From NCBI GenBank assembly GCA_951406725.2, contig OX597835.1, positions 2,976,001 through 3,040,000 on the forward strand: a stretch of 64,000 nt of DNA, given 5' to 3'. The position numbers were made by a program, and so were the translations under genes. Shown here in pieces: positions 14,080 to 29,138 of the stretch. Position 1 is the stretch's first letter; each line of letters starts with the position of its first letter. The stretch comes from Octopus vulgaris (lineage: Eukaryota). A model generated the notes under the pieces. That model made no database searches and was not told where the DNA came from. It saw only the letters and a program-made list of their open reading frames with translations.

Positions 14080-14083
<4 letters not shown>
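13877..14083 (+). mobile_element. Short (~200 bp) hammerhead-bearing repeat, family E copy 1, abutting (TA)n
   Basis: Closely similar to 36480-36673 (inverted) and 38693-38895; contains the motif at 13950-13984. Confidence 0.9.
13950..13984 (+). ncRNA. Minimal type-I hammerhead ribozyme motif (U4C core variant, extra A)
   Basis: GTTT-CCGACGA-A-GAGC tcc GCTC-GAAA-CG-TT-AAAC: stem I GTTT/AAAC, stem II GAGC/GCTC, palindromic AACGTT stem III, GUU site. Confidence 0.7.
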
Positions 14084-14139
<56 letters not shown>

Positions 14140-14755
14140 CTATTATTATTATTATTACTATTATTATTATTATTATTATTACTATTATTATTATTATTAT
14201 TATTATTATCCTTAATAATCATATAATATATTGCTGGTAGCTTGCCAGTTAAGCACGCTCACTGGCTCACAGTTTGTTGGGTATTTGATTAATGAGAGAG
14301 ACGGTAGATAGAAGATATGAGAATTTTTATTCATCACTACAGTTATTTCAACCCGACTACCAACAGTTATATCAGATACTTTCTTTCACTCTATTGTGTA
14401 TTTGTTTCCTTTTGTATCGAATACTTGTTATGGATTTTTATTGGTATGAAACTGCAAACCTCAATTTGCCATTTATATATACGAAGACCAAGAAGAAATG
14501 TTGCGAAACAGACCTTATTTAACAAAGATACCTCTTGAAATTACCTGAGGAGATACATAGACATCAACCGAAGACACCTAATCCACATGTTCAGCACTCC
14601 ACACGCGAGGGATCGATGCTAGATGGGTCAAAACAATAATAGTGATCAATAATGATTTTCTTATTTTCCATCTCTCGTCTCTCTCATTAATCACACACAC
14701 ACACACGCACGCAAACACTCACACACACACACATATATATATAGATACATTAATC

Positions 14756-14811
<56 letters not shown>

Positions 14812-14876
14812 CTACATAGACATGTATATGCATATCTATACATACACACATATGTGAAGACATATGTATGTATGTA

Positions 14877-14984
<108 letters not shown>

Positions 14985-15047
14985 ATGTATATATATATGT
15001 ATGTATATATATATATATATGTATATGTATGTTTATGTATATGTATG

Positions 15048-15132
<85 letters not shown>

Positions 15133-15182
15133 GTATGTATATATATATATATTATGTATATGTATGTTTATGTATATGTATG

Positions 15183-15225
<43 letters not shown>

Positions 15226-15393
15226 TTTAATATAAACAGCTACGCGCAATATTATGCCATAAAGAAAGAACTGAGTCGTCCCCAAGACTGAGAACAGGGA
15301 AGCACCTATATCGCAGTAAATAAAACTTGAAGACTCTTAATGTTTTATGAAACGCACAATATATATATACACTGGCTGCGAGCAATTGAGTAG

Positions 15394-15444
15394 TCACTGC
15401 TGAAGAGACTACGACTGATAGGCGAAACTAGTCTAGTCCGGTGA
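15394..15444 (+). ncRNA. Type-I hammerhead ribozyme motif
   Basis: TCACTG-CTGAAGA-GACTA cgactga TAGGC-GAAA-CTAGTCTAG-TC-CGGTGA: 6 bp stem I, stem II with one mismatch, GUC site at 15436-15438. Confidence 0.82.
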
Positions 15445-15564
15445 TCCTAGAGTCCCTCATGGGGCGGTTATGTCTCCTGTCGGTGTATATAAACTGTGCA
15501 GTGCATACAGCGTTACGAGTTTTTAACACTTATTTCTTTTAATATATATGCTCTTGCACCCTCA

Positions 15565-15632
<68 letters not shown>

Positions 15633-15899
15633 TAACAAATATAACAGTTTATGTTTCTGCAAATATATGCATACACACATACTAATGCAAACTCCGCCGT
15701 GATATATTAAAACAATGATTGAACCAACAGAAACACACTTTCAACAATGACATCACAATCGGTGGACAACTTTTGTTTGCTGATAATTTTGTGGTTTGAA
15801 CACGTCAAAACAGATATTATCTAGGATGAATACTACATTAATTAAGCTTTCAAAGGTATATCTCTATTAAGTACGATGCGCAAATCGGTACACACACAC

Positions 15900-16018
<119 letters not shown>

Positions 16019-16827
16019 TATTTATATATATATATATGCACACACGTACATATTTGTCTATCTGCCTGTATGTATGTATAAATATATAAATATGTGTATA
16101 TAGAAAATATGTATATATACATATATATATAGATATGGAGATAGAAAAGGTGAATGTTTCAAACACACACACACACACACATACACACACAAATATGTTG
16201 TCTTACAGAAACGTCTTTACATTTATGTGTTTGTGCGTTCGAGCGTGCGTGTAATACATTCTATATCTTTCTGTCTGTATGAATACCTACACACACACAC
16301 AAACTATTATCCTCTTCTGCCTCTTGTCTTTATTCTAGCAACACTTGCTTTATCCATTACGACTCAAATTATCTAATACCTCATATATAGCACTTTAATT
16401 AATTGATAGAATAATTAAAATGTTCTATCCAGCCTAATTTAAACGTAACGAATCTTTTTAGAGCCTCGTTAATGTATGTTTTCTAATCTTCTAAATATAC
16501 ATTCCTTGTTCTTATCTACATATATAATCTCATAATATTGAATCCGAATTTTATAATTTAATTAATGGTTTGCGATAGATATGTTTGTTCGATAACACAT
16601 TTTCAAGTACAGAAGGAAGTGTAACATATGTATGTGCCTGTGTGTATGTGCATATATACACACATATTGTATGTATGTATATATGTATGTACGCAGAGAC
16701 AGATGTAGACTGAAAGAGAGAGGGAGAGAGAGAGAGATGCACAGATGTCACATAGTTAAACATAAGATATATCTGTGTAAATTCATTGTATCTTCTTCAA
16801 AGTCTAATATCATACGTAAATGTAGAG

Positions 16828-17037
16828 CGGAAAGCCGACTGAATCGTTATCACACCGCGCAAAATGCCTTGCTGTATATCATCCGTCTTTACGTTCTGAG
16901 ATCAAATTCCGCCTAGGTCGATTTTGGTGTTATAGTTCCGGGGTCGATAAAATACGTACCAGTTGAACACTGGGGTTAATGCAACCGGTTTACCATTCCC
17001 CCAAAGTTGCTGGCCTTGTACCAAAATGTGTAACCAA
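16828..17037 (+). mobile_element. SINE type A monomer
   Basis: tttacgttctgagatcaaattccgcctaggtcga...ggggtcgataaaatacgtaccagttgaacactgggg. Confidence 0.8.
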
Positions 17038-17073
17038 TACTACGGGCAAATGAAGAGCAGAGCAGTCTCCGTT

Positions 17074-17134
<61 letters not shown>

Positions 17135-18026
17135 TATAACTACAAGATACCGCCATGCTGAAAATAGCAGCCATGATATGACTCTAAAACCACCTTAAGT
17201 GTTCATATAGCACAAGGAGAGAAGACAAAAAGACAAAATAAAACTAGTAAAAATTGCTGGATAATTCCTGATCCCGAATTTCTGGCTTTGCATTTAGAAA
17301 TGCTTTGCCTCATCAGTGGAATATACGCATAGAGAAACATAAATACATGTATGTATAAATACAACACACGAATACTTACATGTACGAACGTATACATACA
17401 TATATATGCACGTATGCATCATGACCAGCTTAAATTGCCCGCTTCTTTACTCCTCGTGCGATATGGTTAAAACATCACCGCAGTAAATACAATCTTGCGT
17501 ATGCAAGATCAGATAAGACTTATAATTCCTAAAATCCCGAAGTTTAATCAAAGTAGATAATTCAGAAGTACAATTATCTGCTCTGACCAATAAAAAAATT
17601 CTCAAGCGATTTTCAAAAAAGTAAGGTGGGTAGAAGGTCATAGGTGTTTGGAATATATATACAAAGTTGTTACATAGTATAACATTATATGATATAACGG
17701 CATCTTTACAGCTGTTTCGATGCAGCCTGTGAACAACAACTACCACAGCAATGGCAATAATCAAAATACTAAGATTAATAATAACGGCAATATTATTATC
17801 ATTATTGAGAGCAGTAGTCGTAGTCGTAGTAGTAGTAGTAGCAGTAGTAGTAGTAGTAATGTATATCTTCAATTACAGAGCATATATTGGAATGCCTGTA
17901 AAAATAACATTTTAACTGGTAAAATTATGTAAAAACACTTTGTAAATATACAAAATACACCTGCGTTTATTTGTCAGTGAGCATAGAAATATAAAAGTAT
18001 TAAAGGTACTATATATATATATATAC

Positions 18027-18071
<45 letters not shown>

Positions 18072-18097
18072 AAAAAAGCAACAAGAATGGATTAAAA

Positions 18098-18185
18098 TCT
18101 CGGTACGATCGTTTCGTACGAGGACATCTTTAATAAGCTACAAAAAATGCAGTGAATACAAATGGCTCGTACTCGTCAGCCGAAA
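18098..18185 (-). ncRNA. Type-I hammerhead ribozyme motif with intact core, in a module (18070-18464) flanked by (TA)n
   Basis: Minus strand: TTTCGG-CTGACGA-GTACGAG-(~43 nt)-CTCGTAC-GAAA-CGATCG-TA-CCGAGA. Confidence 0.88.
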
Positions 18186-18461
18186 AAAATATCAGAGAAT
18201 TCCCAAACATCAAAAGGGGTAGATATAAAAGAGGTTGTAAGATTAACTGCATTGAAGAAAGTTCGATTCATGGAGATCCGATGAAAGGTTTTAAACCTAT
18301 AGAATTTATGCATGTCTACATATAGTTCATATTGAATATTTGATCAAGTTGTATGAAGAAATTATCGGATACAGTCATGCAAAATTTCTGAAAATCCGAG
18401 TAAGAGGCAAAGATTCTGCCACATCATGTAGAGGAAAGACTGAGTAAAAACATAGTGACTG

Positions 18462-18503
<42 letters not shown>

Positions 18504-19523
18504 TCCTTTACTCTTTTACATACAAACGTATATATATACACACAATGCTTTTACTTATTCACGTATGTATATATAAAATGCATTACTAACGCATCAGTAA
18601 CGTTATTATAGAATTAAAAATGAACTCTTTTATATCTAGAAATATATTATTATTACAAAATAATATTTCCGTAACACGTGTTATCAGATAAATACGCATC
18701 GCAAACAAGTGCTTACGCGCATATACATACATATATACAAGTATACATATATGCAAGCATACATATATGCGTTTGTGTTTGTGCATCTGTGTATGTGAGA
18801 GAGCGAGAGAGCGAGAGAGTATGTGTGCGCGCGTGAGTGTGTATAGGTGCGTGTTCCTGATGTATGTATATATATACGGATATATAATTACGCTATCAAA
18901 ACATTCATGGTTAAATTTATATGCATGCATGCATACATAAGTACACGCAAATATTGATGTACCATTATATACGCACGTATGTGCAGTCTATAATTTCTTG
19001 TGTACGTACACCAGCATTTCTTTCATATTCGAGACTCCTCACAACAGGCGGTTCCGATGCTAGGCCATGTTTTAAAAAATTGATAAAGCAACCAAGAGAG
19101 TGAAAAAGAAAAATGAAAGGAAATAACAGCTATTCCAGCAGAATAATACGAAGCACTCTAACAAATTGCTCATCAACAGAAAGCCAATCTTTCCTGGCGT
19201 TCTCAGCCATGTTAAAACCTGTAGCGCATTTAGCATCGATCAAGTTCAACGTTGAAATGAATATGGAAGAATGGGGTTGAGCAGAAAATGGACGGGCGTG
19301 CCGAGAGAGAAAATGGAAGACGAGAGAGAGGGGAAGAAGGAGTGAGTGAAAAAGAGTGAGGGCTCATAGATAGACAGCGAATAGGTCAGAGAGATGTATA
19401 TATAAAGTGAGAGAGCAAGAGAGTGAAGAAAGAGAGAGAAACCGTGAGATGTACATATAAATATACATATATATATATATATGTGTGTGTATATATATAT
19501 ATATACATATATATGTATGTATG

Positions 19524-19559
<36 letters not shown>

Positions 19560-19637
19560 CATATATATATATATATATATATGCATATATATATATATAT
19601 ATATGCATATATATATATATGCATATATATATATATA

Positions 19638-19689
<52 letters not shown>

Positions 19690-19744
19690 TACATAGACAT
19701 CTCACTATCAGCACTCTCCTTCTTTCACTTTCCATCTTTCATTT

Positions 19745-19778
<34 letters not shown>

Positions 19779-20101
19779 CATATAGATATATAGCAGGTAT
19801 ATTTATATATACTTTTATGAATATATATTAGGCAAGATGAGTGTGAGAGTTTATATGTGCGTATACACACACATATACACAACACACACACACACACAAA
19901 CGTACATATGCATGTGCAACTAGCATTTTCATATCGTTATTCAAAATGATATAGGAGGAGATGTGATGGGATTTGTGTATTGTTTGTTGTCTTTATTCAT
20001 TGAAGGCGCACTTAATGCGCGAAGGTGAATTCCATGATCGCTTCATTAACAAAAGGATAATTCATTCAGAGTGGAAACGAAAGGATACAAATAATAATAA
20101 C

Positions 20102-20148
<47 letters not shown>

Positions 20149-20171
20149 TAATAATAATAATAATAATAATG

Positions 20172-20240
<69 letters not shown>

Positions 20241-20252
20241 TTCAGACAAATA

Positions 20253-20461
20253 ATATTCAGACAAATACATAACAAAAACACCAGGACTTACAAACACATA
20301 TAACATACAGAAAATTGCACTACTAGGCACTGCACACATCCTACGCAGAACACTTTCCATACAATAACCATCAGAGCATCACAACAAATCACAGCACATA
20401 CCCAAGGCACACAGAGCTGCGCTCGGTAGTGAAGTGAAAGCACGCTATAAAAATAAAACTA

Positions 20462-20464
<3 letters not shown>
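20253..20464 (+). mobile_element. 3' end of an R4/Dong-like non-LTR retrotransposon, copy 1
   Basis: Encodes YSDKYITKTPGLTNTYNIQKIALLGTAHILRRTLSIQ* (C-terminus typical of REL-type elements), then a 3' UTR and (AAT)n. Confidence 0.88.
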
Positions 20465-21094
<630 letters not shown>

Positions 21095-21201
21095 TTGTAG
21101 TAGTAGTAGTAGTTGTAGTAGTAGTAGTAGTAGTAGTAGTAGAAGAAGAAGAAGAAGAAGAAGAAGAAGAAGAAGAAGAAGAAGAAGAAGAAGAAAAAAC
21201 A

Positions 21202-21784
21202 AAAGTTATAAAACAAATGAAGTCCAAACTAAAACTAGAATAGCAACGGGCCATGGTAAAACGATGGCAAGAAAAGCTCCTTCATGGCAAATACTGGACT
21301 AAACTAAATGCAAAAGAAATAGACAAAGAAAAATCCCAGCAATGGTTGAGAAGCTCAGGACTCAAAGCAGAGACAGAGGGATTTTTAATTGCCGCACAAG
21401 ACCAAAGCCTCCCCACCAGGAATTACCAAAAACATATAATGTAAAGAAATATAACAAGTAACTGCAGAATATGTGGAGATGGACAAGAAACAATATATCG
21501 TATTATCTCTGGCTGTCCAGTCCTGGCTAAGAAGGAATATATTCACAGATACGACAGAGTTGGGACCTACATACACTGGAAGCTATGCCAACATTATGGA
21601 ATAACAACAGAAAAAAGATGGTATAGGCACACACCAGAAAAGGTAAGAGAAAACGAGAAAGCAACCATACTCTGGGATATGCCAATACACACAGATAGAG
21701 AAATTAAGGCCAACAGGCCAGATATAGTTGTCAGAGATTATGAAGAAAAAAAAAACTTTCTAATTGATATATCAATAACAGCAG
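21202..21784 (+). pseudogene. R4/Dong-like non-LTR ORF fragment (zinc knuckle plus restriction-like endonuclease)
   Basis: [10 protein letters not shown]...[28 protein letters not shown]...CRICGDGQETIYRIISGCPVLAKKEYIHRYDRV...ILWDMPIHTDREIKANRPDIVVRD...LIDISI; in-frame stops. Confidence 0.92.
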
Positions 21785-21957
21785 AGTGTGACAAGGCTGA
21801 CCATTTGAAATATAGGTACTACTCATTTTTGCCAGCTGAGTGGACTGGAGCAACGTGAAATAAAGTTTCTTCAACGACACAACGTGCTGCCGGGAAATGA
21901 ACTCACGCTCTTAAGATCATGAGCCGAATGCCCTACCCACTAAGCCACGCGCCGTCA
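21785..21957 (-). mobile_element. SINE type B truncating the LINE fragment
   Basis: cagctgagtggactggagcaacgtgaaataaag...ccactaagccacgcgcc (A box on the minus strand). Confidence 0.8.
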
Positions 21958-22480
21958 TCAAATAATATATAATAATCAAGTAAATGACAGTTACATGCGT
22001 GAATAATAAAACAGAACGGAATGAAATTTTGATAAGAAAATTCGAGTCCAATAAAGTACAATTGATATTTATTATACTATACGTGTTGGTTGTGACTATT
22101 ACGCAGGAGATTTAATGTTAAAATAACATATGCACATGTGAAAATAGAGTATATGTGAATTGCTATGACTAACAAAGCGAAATTAACTTTTAATACAAAC
22201 GAAGTTGAACGAAACGAACATCAAATAAAATCAATACTGAACGAAACGAAATTAAAGCAAAATCAACACTATTTAAAAACTACAAAGTAACTACGAAGGT
22301 GGAATAAGTACTTCAACTACTAAAATGTTATCGACAGAGTCAGTTCGTATAATGAAATTTGGAACGGAGCGATTTATTGCGACCATAAAACGGAAATATT
22401 ATAATACGTTATTTGAAAGCAGATTTCTTTATAAGCAGCAAGCAAAGTTTTCTTTACTGTTGGCCTTCAGATAGTAAGAA

Positions 22481-22617
22481 TATTCTTTTCTACACTAGGC
22501 ACAAGGCCAGAAATTTTTGGGGGAGGGAGCCAGTCAATTAGATCGACCCCAGTACGCAACTGGTACTTACTTTATCGACCCCGTAAAGATGAGAGGCACA
22601 GTTGACCTCGGTGAAAT
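22481..22617 (-). mobile_element. SINE type A, 3' part
   Basis: aggcacaaggccagaaattt...tcgaccccagtacgcaactggtacttactttatcgacccc. Confidence 0.8.
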
Positions 22618-22658
22618 ATGTATATATATATATATGCATATGTATATATATACACATG

Positions 22659-22735
<77 letters not shown>

Positions 22736-22739
<4 letters not shown>

Positions 22740-23399
22740 ATAATAAAAGGGTAAAATCAATTAATTATTAATTAATTTCACCAAGTAGTGTTTAGTATGT
22801 AAAAGGACAATTCAAGGTATATTCAAAATATTACGTTATATAATTAGGGCTCAGTAAAATAATTTACTTTACCACATACTGAAACTTTTAGAAATAACAG
22901 CCAAAAAGTTTTTTTAGCCATTTCTACTACTATAAGAAAAGTCTCCCAGATAGTGTTTACTCAAAAATAATTCACGTAGATATGGAGGGAAAAACAGCAA
23001 AATATCACATGTACAAAGATCATTTGAGAACGTTAACGTTACTAGATTAGTCGAATTAAAACTCGACATTTCTTTCGTCTGCTCAACATTTCTTAATTTG
23101 GATTTGAAAGCACTAAAAAATTGAACATACCCGTCCGATATGAATCACCCCAGACAAACCATCTCCAAACTGCCAGTGCCAGCAAATTCAAGAAGTACGA
23201 GTGAAGATTCGTATTCTTCTCGCTTCCATCCACGTGACTTATAGAGTAAACAGATTATAACGGTGAGAACCGCAGTAAAGAACAGGGAGAAAGGAATTGT
23301 ATTATCAATAATAAAAGGGTAAAATCAATTAATTATTAATTAATTTCACCATGTAGTGTTCAGTATGTAAAAGGACCATTGAATGGTCCTTTTGCATAC
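22736..23399. mobile_element. Partial-tandem module: 77 bp direct repeat (period 568) plus terminal foldback, abutting (TA)n; Penelope-like architecture
   Basis: atcaataataaaagggtaaaatcaattaatt...aaaaggac(a/c)att at 22736-22812 and 23304-23380; 18 bp hairpin at 23363-23399. Confidence 0.7.
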
Positions 23400-23897
23400 A
23401 ATGGACCAGTGGTTAGGGCAGTGGACTCGCGGTCGTAGGAACGCGGTTTCGATTCCCAGACCGAGCATTGTGAGTGTTTATTGAGCGAAAACACCTAAAG
23501 CTCCACGATGATCCGGCGGGGGGTAGTGGTGAACCCTGCTGTACTCTTTCACCACATCTTTCTATCACCCTTTCTTCGTGTTTCTGTTATATCTGTATTT
23601 CAAAGGGCCAGCCTTGTCACACTCTGTGTCACGGTGAATCTCCCTGAGAACTACGTTAAGGGTACACGTGTATGCGGAGTGTGCAGCCACTTGCACGTTA
23701 ATAAATGAGTTGCAACGTCATCGCTGCCAAGCTGTATCGGCCCCTTTGCGTTTCCCTTGGATAACACTAGTGGCGTGGAGAGGGGAGGCCGGCAGGCATG
23801 GGCGACTGCTGATTTTCCATAAACAACCTTGCCCGGACCTGTGCCTCGGAGGGTAACTTTCCAGGTGCAATCCCATGATCAATTATTGCCGAAGGAG
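23400..23897 (+). mobile_element. SINE type C, near full length
   Basis: A box atggaccagtgg, B box ggtttcgattcc; the 3' ~190 bp is shared with the type B SINE at 4031. Confidence 0.88.
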
Positions 23898-24140
23898 GTC
23901 ACAAATTTTGAAATTCTATGGATAATACCGCACAAAATTCTGGTGTGTATATATATATGTATGTATTTGTGTGTGTAAGTGTGTGTCTCTGTGTAGTTAG
24001 ATACATACTTGCTTATTAGATTTTGTACAACTGACACGACAAGGAGACACTGAATGAAGGACTCCACTCGGCTTGTAAATTTGAAATATTTGTTAGACGG
24101 TTTTAACGATGAGCTTTCTACATGAAAATGTGATTACTAA

Positions 24141-24300
<160 letters not shown>

Positions 24301-24576
24301 TGTATGTGGGTATATATATATAATATGAATACATTACATATGTATGTATGTATTTATGTATGTGTGGATGAATGTATGGTGGGGTGTATAGCCGTCTCGC
24401 GAGTGTTGATAAATCTCTTCCAATCTGTGAATAAATGAATGTATTTGTTAATGCAAACAGCAAGAGCGGTTCCCTGGACATTTTATGGAATCATTCCATA
24501 ATTTAATCATGGCGAAGCCAAACTCTCGCACATACCAACCTCATCCATAACACACACATACGCACAGATAGATCTT

Positions 24577-24620
<44 letters not shown>

Positions 24621-24723
24621 TATGAACGCACGCATGCGTGCATGCATTAATTATTGCAATACACCATGGACATCTCATACACACAGATGTACGTACAAAC
24701 ATACATACACACACATACATTCG

Positions 24724-24786
<63 letters not shown>

Positions 24787-24930
24787 ACAGGCAAACATTA
24801 TTTATTGAAACAAATTCTTCGAATTTATCAGTGTTGTTTGTAGTTTTTATTAACTTTTTTTATAGTTATGATTATTTTTATTTATGAATTTACTTATTTA
24901 TTTTTGTTTATTCATTATCTCGCTGTGAGA

Positions 24931-25263
<333 letters not shown>

Positions 25264-25601
25264 TATGGCTTTTCAGACTTTTGAATATTCAAAAGTTATT
25301 TTTGTTCGGGGAAATATCTCGTTTTATTTGATAATCATAGTTGTTTTACGAACTTTTTGATTACTTAACGCAATGGTAGGTTCTCCATCGCCCACGACGA
25401 TGAGCATTCCTCTTCGTGGTATTAACGTGTGAGTGGCTGAGTGTACCTGGCAAGGGATTCTCGGCCGGAATCAAGGTGGCTCCACGCTGATTCTAAAGTG
25501 AAAAAACATCTCAGTTACAATGCTTGTCATTTTGTCTCTTTATTCACCCGGAAAGGATACTATGTAAAGTTTACGTCGGGTATATTAGAAATCCGGAATG
25601 T

Positions 25602-25805
25602 GACGAGCTGGTAGAATCTTCTCTACACCTTGTGAAATGATTAGCTACATTTTACCTGTCTTCGGGTTATGATTTCAAACTCCACCGAGGTCGACTTCAC
25701 CTCTCACCCTTTCGCGGTCGATAAGTACCAGTTGAGTACTGGGGTCGATGCAAATGACTTACCAACGCCACCGAAATTGCTGTCCTTGGTTCAACTTTGG
25801 AAAAC
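25602..25805 (+). mobile_element. SINE type A, diverged
   Basis: gagctggtagaatc...ttcaaactccaccgaggtcgacttc...gtaccagttgagtactggggtcgatg. Confidence 0.75.
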
Positions 25806-26608
25806 AATATTAAGAATGTGTAATGAATATCGCAGGGATTTCGATCCAACGCTTTCGAAATTCTGCCATTTTGCTGCTTTCCTTGAAACCCCTGCAGGAA
25901 TGGAATTATGATAGATGCACAATGATTAAGTTGAAATTCCACTGAACAGAGAAAATAATAGTGCTGGCAAAGCGGTTAGGGTTCGATTTTTTGCCTTCCT
26001 CCTTTTTTGACGTCTAAAAATAATGCTTTTGGCCGTAGATTGGTTGAGTAAGAATGTTGTATCAGATACCTTGTGGTATTTTTCCGGCTCTTTAGTTTTG
26101 TGTTCATATCCCGCAATAGTAGACTTGGCCCGATTTAACACCCCATACGTACACCTTGCCTACCTTTATCGAACCCTACTTTGTTACCAGCATTTAGGCC
26201 AGGTTTTCGACTTGTGGATATCTTGTTCCCACAAATCGCCGAAGCCCTATAACACCTCCATATGGGCCCTGACTTCCCTTCTGACTTGAAGATTTAAAAC
26301 TTCTCGAATGGTGCATTGCTATAATTTGCAGTGAGTCAGCCCCAATTCTGAGCTATTGTGCAATTGGTTTCATCCGTCATCCGTTTGAATATCGTTATTT
26401 AGATCGTTGCTACTTTTAGTGTAATTAATTTCGTTGCGAGCAAACGGTTAGATATTCCACTTTCCCTCGCTTGTCTTTGATGTTCGGATAAAAGGTCACG
26501 TGCGCTGCTTCCGTTTTTTCCTTTGTTTTTTTTATAGAGGCCTTATAGGGCCCCCAAGACTCCGATCTTTTCTCTCTTTGTCTCTCCTATCTTTCAAAAG
26601 ATAGTAGT

Positions 26609-26701
<93 letters not shown>

Positions 26702-27931
26702 CGTTGTTATTGATCAGTGGAATGAGTTTGTTTTATGGAAGATCAACATTGGAGCGTTAACGTTTCGGAAAATTTTTTTCATGTTCAGGTTTACTTATGA
26801 TATCAAGAGATAGGGTCGGGCAGTGTGCAAAAGAGGAAGACAAAAATAACAGAGAGAAAAAAATATATTGCACAATATAAAAGTACCTACAGGATAAAAT
26901 GGCAATAAAATAGTGAATATTGAGAGAGGAATTGAAATCAGTCCGCATGTATTGGGCAGAGGCCAAAGAGGGGAGATGACCAACGAACTTTCTGATAAGT
27001 TCACAGACCGAGGATGGGATGAAAAACAGGGAGTAAAGGGCAGAGGAGAGGACAAATAGGTGAATGTTCTTAAGAAGGACGTTGGTTGAATTTTAAATGA
27101 AGAATAATAAACTTTAAAATGTTGATGGGAATGAAGGGAGGGTGGGAGTTAAAAGACAGGGGAAGCAGTTGCTGTAACAAATCAATTGAGACAGAATTGA
27201 GGCAGTGTATGACACTTTGCGTTTTCATTTCGTAATGGTGTAGTGTAAGCGGACGAGCAGCGGTCATGACACTTTTCAGTGCTACCGAGACGTGCGTAGG
27301 AAAATGAAATTACTTCCAAACAAGAGTTTTTGCTCGAATGCTTGCGAACGAGTTAATTACACTAAGGGTGTTTGAAGTCCAGATAGAGGAGTTAGACCGG
27401 ATCGCGGATTATGTCGTCCATAATCCAACATTTCTTTTTGACCAAATGATCCTGAGAGGCCTTTATCAGACTCGCAGAAACAGAAGAATTAAGCAAATTT
27501 ACCATTGTTTGTCTCACACAGTGAGATCGAACACAAAACAATGCATTTGAGAAGTTCACTGCCTTAACTGCTCGGCTATGGAGGGAAGAATTGATGAGGT
27601 GTCGAAAAGCCACATGAAATACATGATAGAACGCGGAATAATTAATAAGACTAAATAATTAATGAAACTATTGGGGAAAAAAAATAGATCAAAAAGCAAT
27701 GCTAGGCTAATGTCAACAGACCTACTGACACCGTCAGCTGTGGCGGTAGGGCGTTGGGGGAAGAATTAATTACGTGTGAAAATAGAAAAAAAATAATAAA
27801 CGGAAAAAACAAATTAAAACAATTCATAAAATTCAGAATTGTTTAATTGCAAATGGCATCTCTCAATATGAAGAGAACGCTACAAAGAGCTAGAACGAAT
27901 GTTGTTGCTCTTGTTGTTTTTGGCGTTGGTG

Positions 27932-27963
<32 letters not shown>

Positions 27964-28727
27964 GATGCTGCTACTTGAGATGGTGATAATTTATAAGTTT
28001 CATGAACAAAGCTTTCCAACCATGGCCACACTGTCTTTTATTTTAAGCATAATGTCATGGAATTCCTGTCGAATTCGACATGTAACATCCCAGTTCTTCG
28101 ATCGAATGAACCACCGCCATATTGTAGGTGAGTGGTAGAGTATTCCACAGAAGTGTAGATTTGCAGTGATGTGTGTGTGTATCTCTGTGTGAGTATGTGG
28201 GCGTGTGTGTGTGAGTGTATAATGGCTTGAGAGTACTACAGCCAGCACGTAACCTGGCGGCACAACTTGTTGCTTGGTCGGGCGGCGGTGATCGAAAGAA
28301 TACAACAGTAAATAGAAGCGTCTGAAATGGGGTCCTCCAGAAGGGTCTCTGGAATAATGTGACTCAACAGAGTTTGTAGCTCAGAGATGAAGGAGTCTCT
28401 GCAATTCAAGCCATTACTTCTCGGCATTCAGGGGTCACAGATCTGCTACTACAGACGTGGTTAAAATGCTGCGGGAACGAATTGCAGCATGGATTATTCA
28501 AGCTAGGCCAACCTCTCCAAACTTGCTTTGTGAGAATGAGAATTCGAACCAAGGAGAGTCAATAATCATCCAATGATATGTAAACATGTACGTTACCTGC
28601 GTGCAGGTATGTGCATGCGTTTAAGCGTCTGTGCATGTATGTATGCATGAGTACGTGTGTGTGCACGCCTGCGTGCGTGTGTGTTGCTAGAAATATGTTC
28701 AGACTGGATTCAGATATTTTTTTTTGT

Positions 28728-29138
28728 TTTTTACCTGTTTCAGTCATTTGACAGCGGCCATGCTGGAACATCCCTTGAAAGGATGATAGTCGAAGAAATG
28801 AACCCCAAGACTTATTCTTTGTAAGCCTAGTACTTACGGGGACATAAACACACCCGCATCGGTTGTCAAGCGATGGCGAGGGGACAACCACAGGCACATA
28901 CACACACATACACTCTATCTCTCACTCACACACACACACACACATACACACACACACATATATATACATATATACACGACGAGCTTCTTCCAGTTTCCAT
29001 CTACCAAATCCACCCACAAGGCTTTGGTCAGTCCGAGGCTATATTGGCTATACTAGAAGAGACTTACCCAAGATGCCATGCAGTGGGACTGTACCCGAAA
29101 TCATGTGGTTGGGAAGCAAGCTTTTTACCATACAGCCA
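28728..29138 (-). mobile_element. tRNA-derived SINE type D (internal TA/TG microsatellite)
   Basis: Homologous along its length to 60028-60448. Confidence 0.85.
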
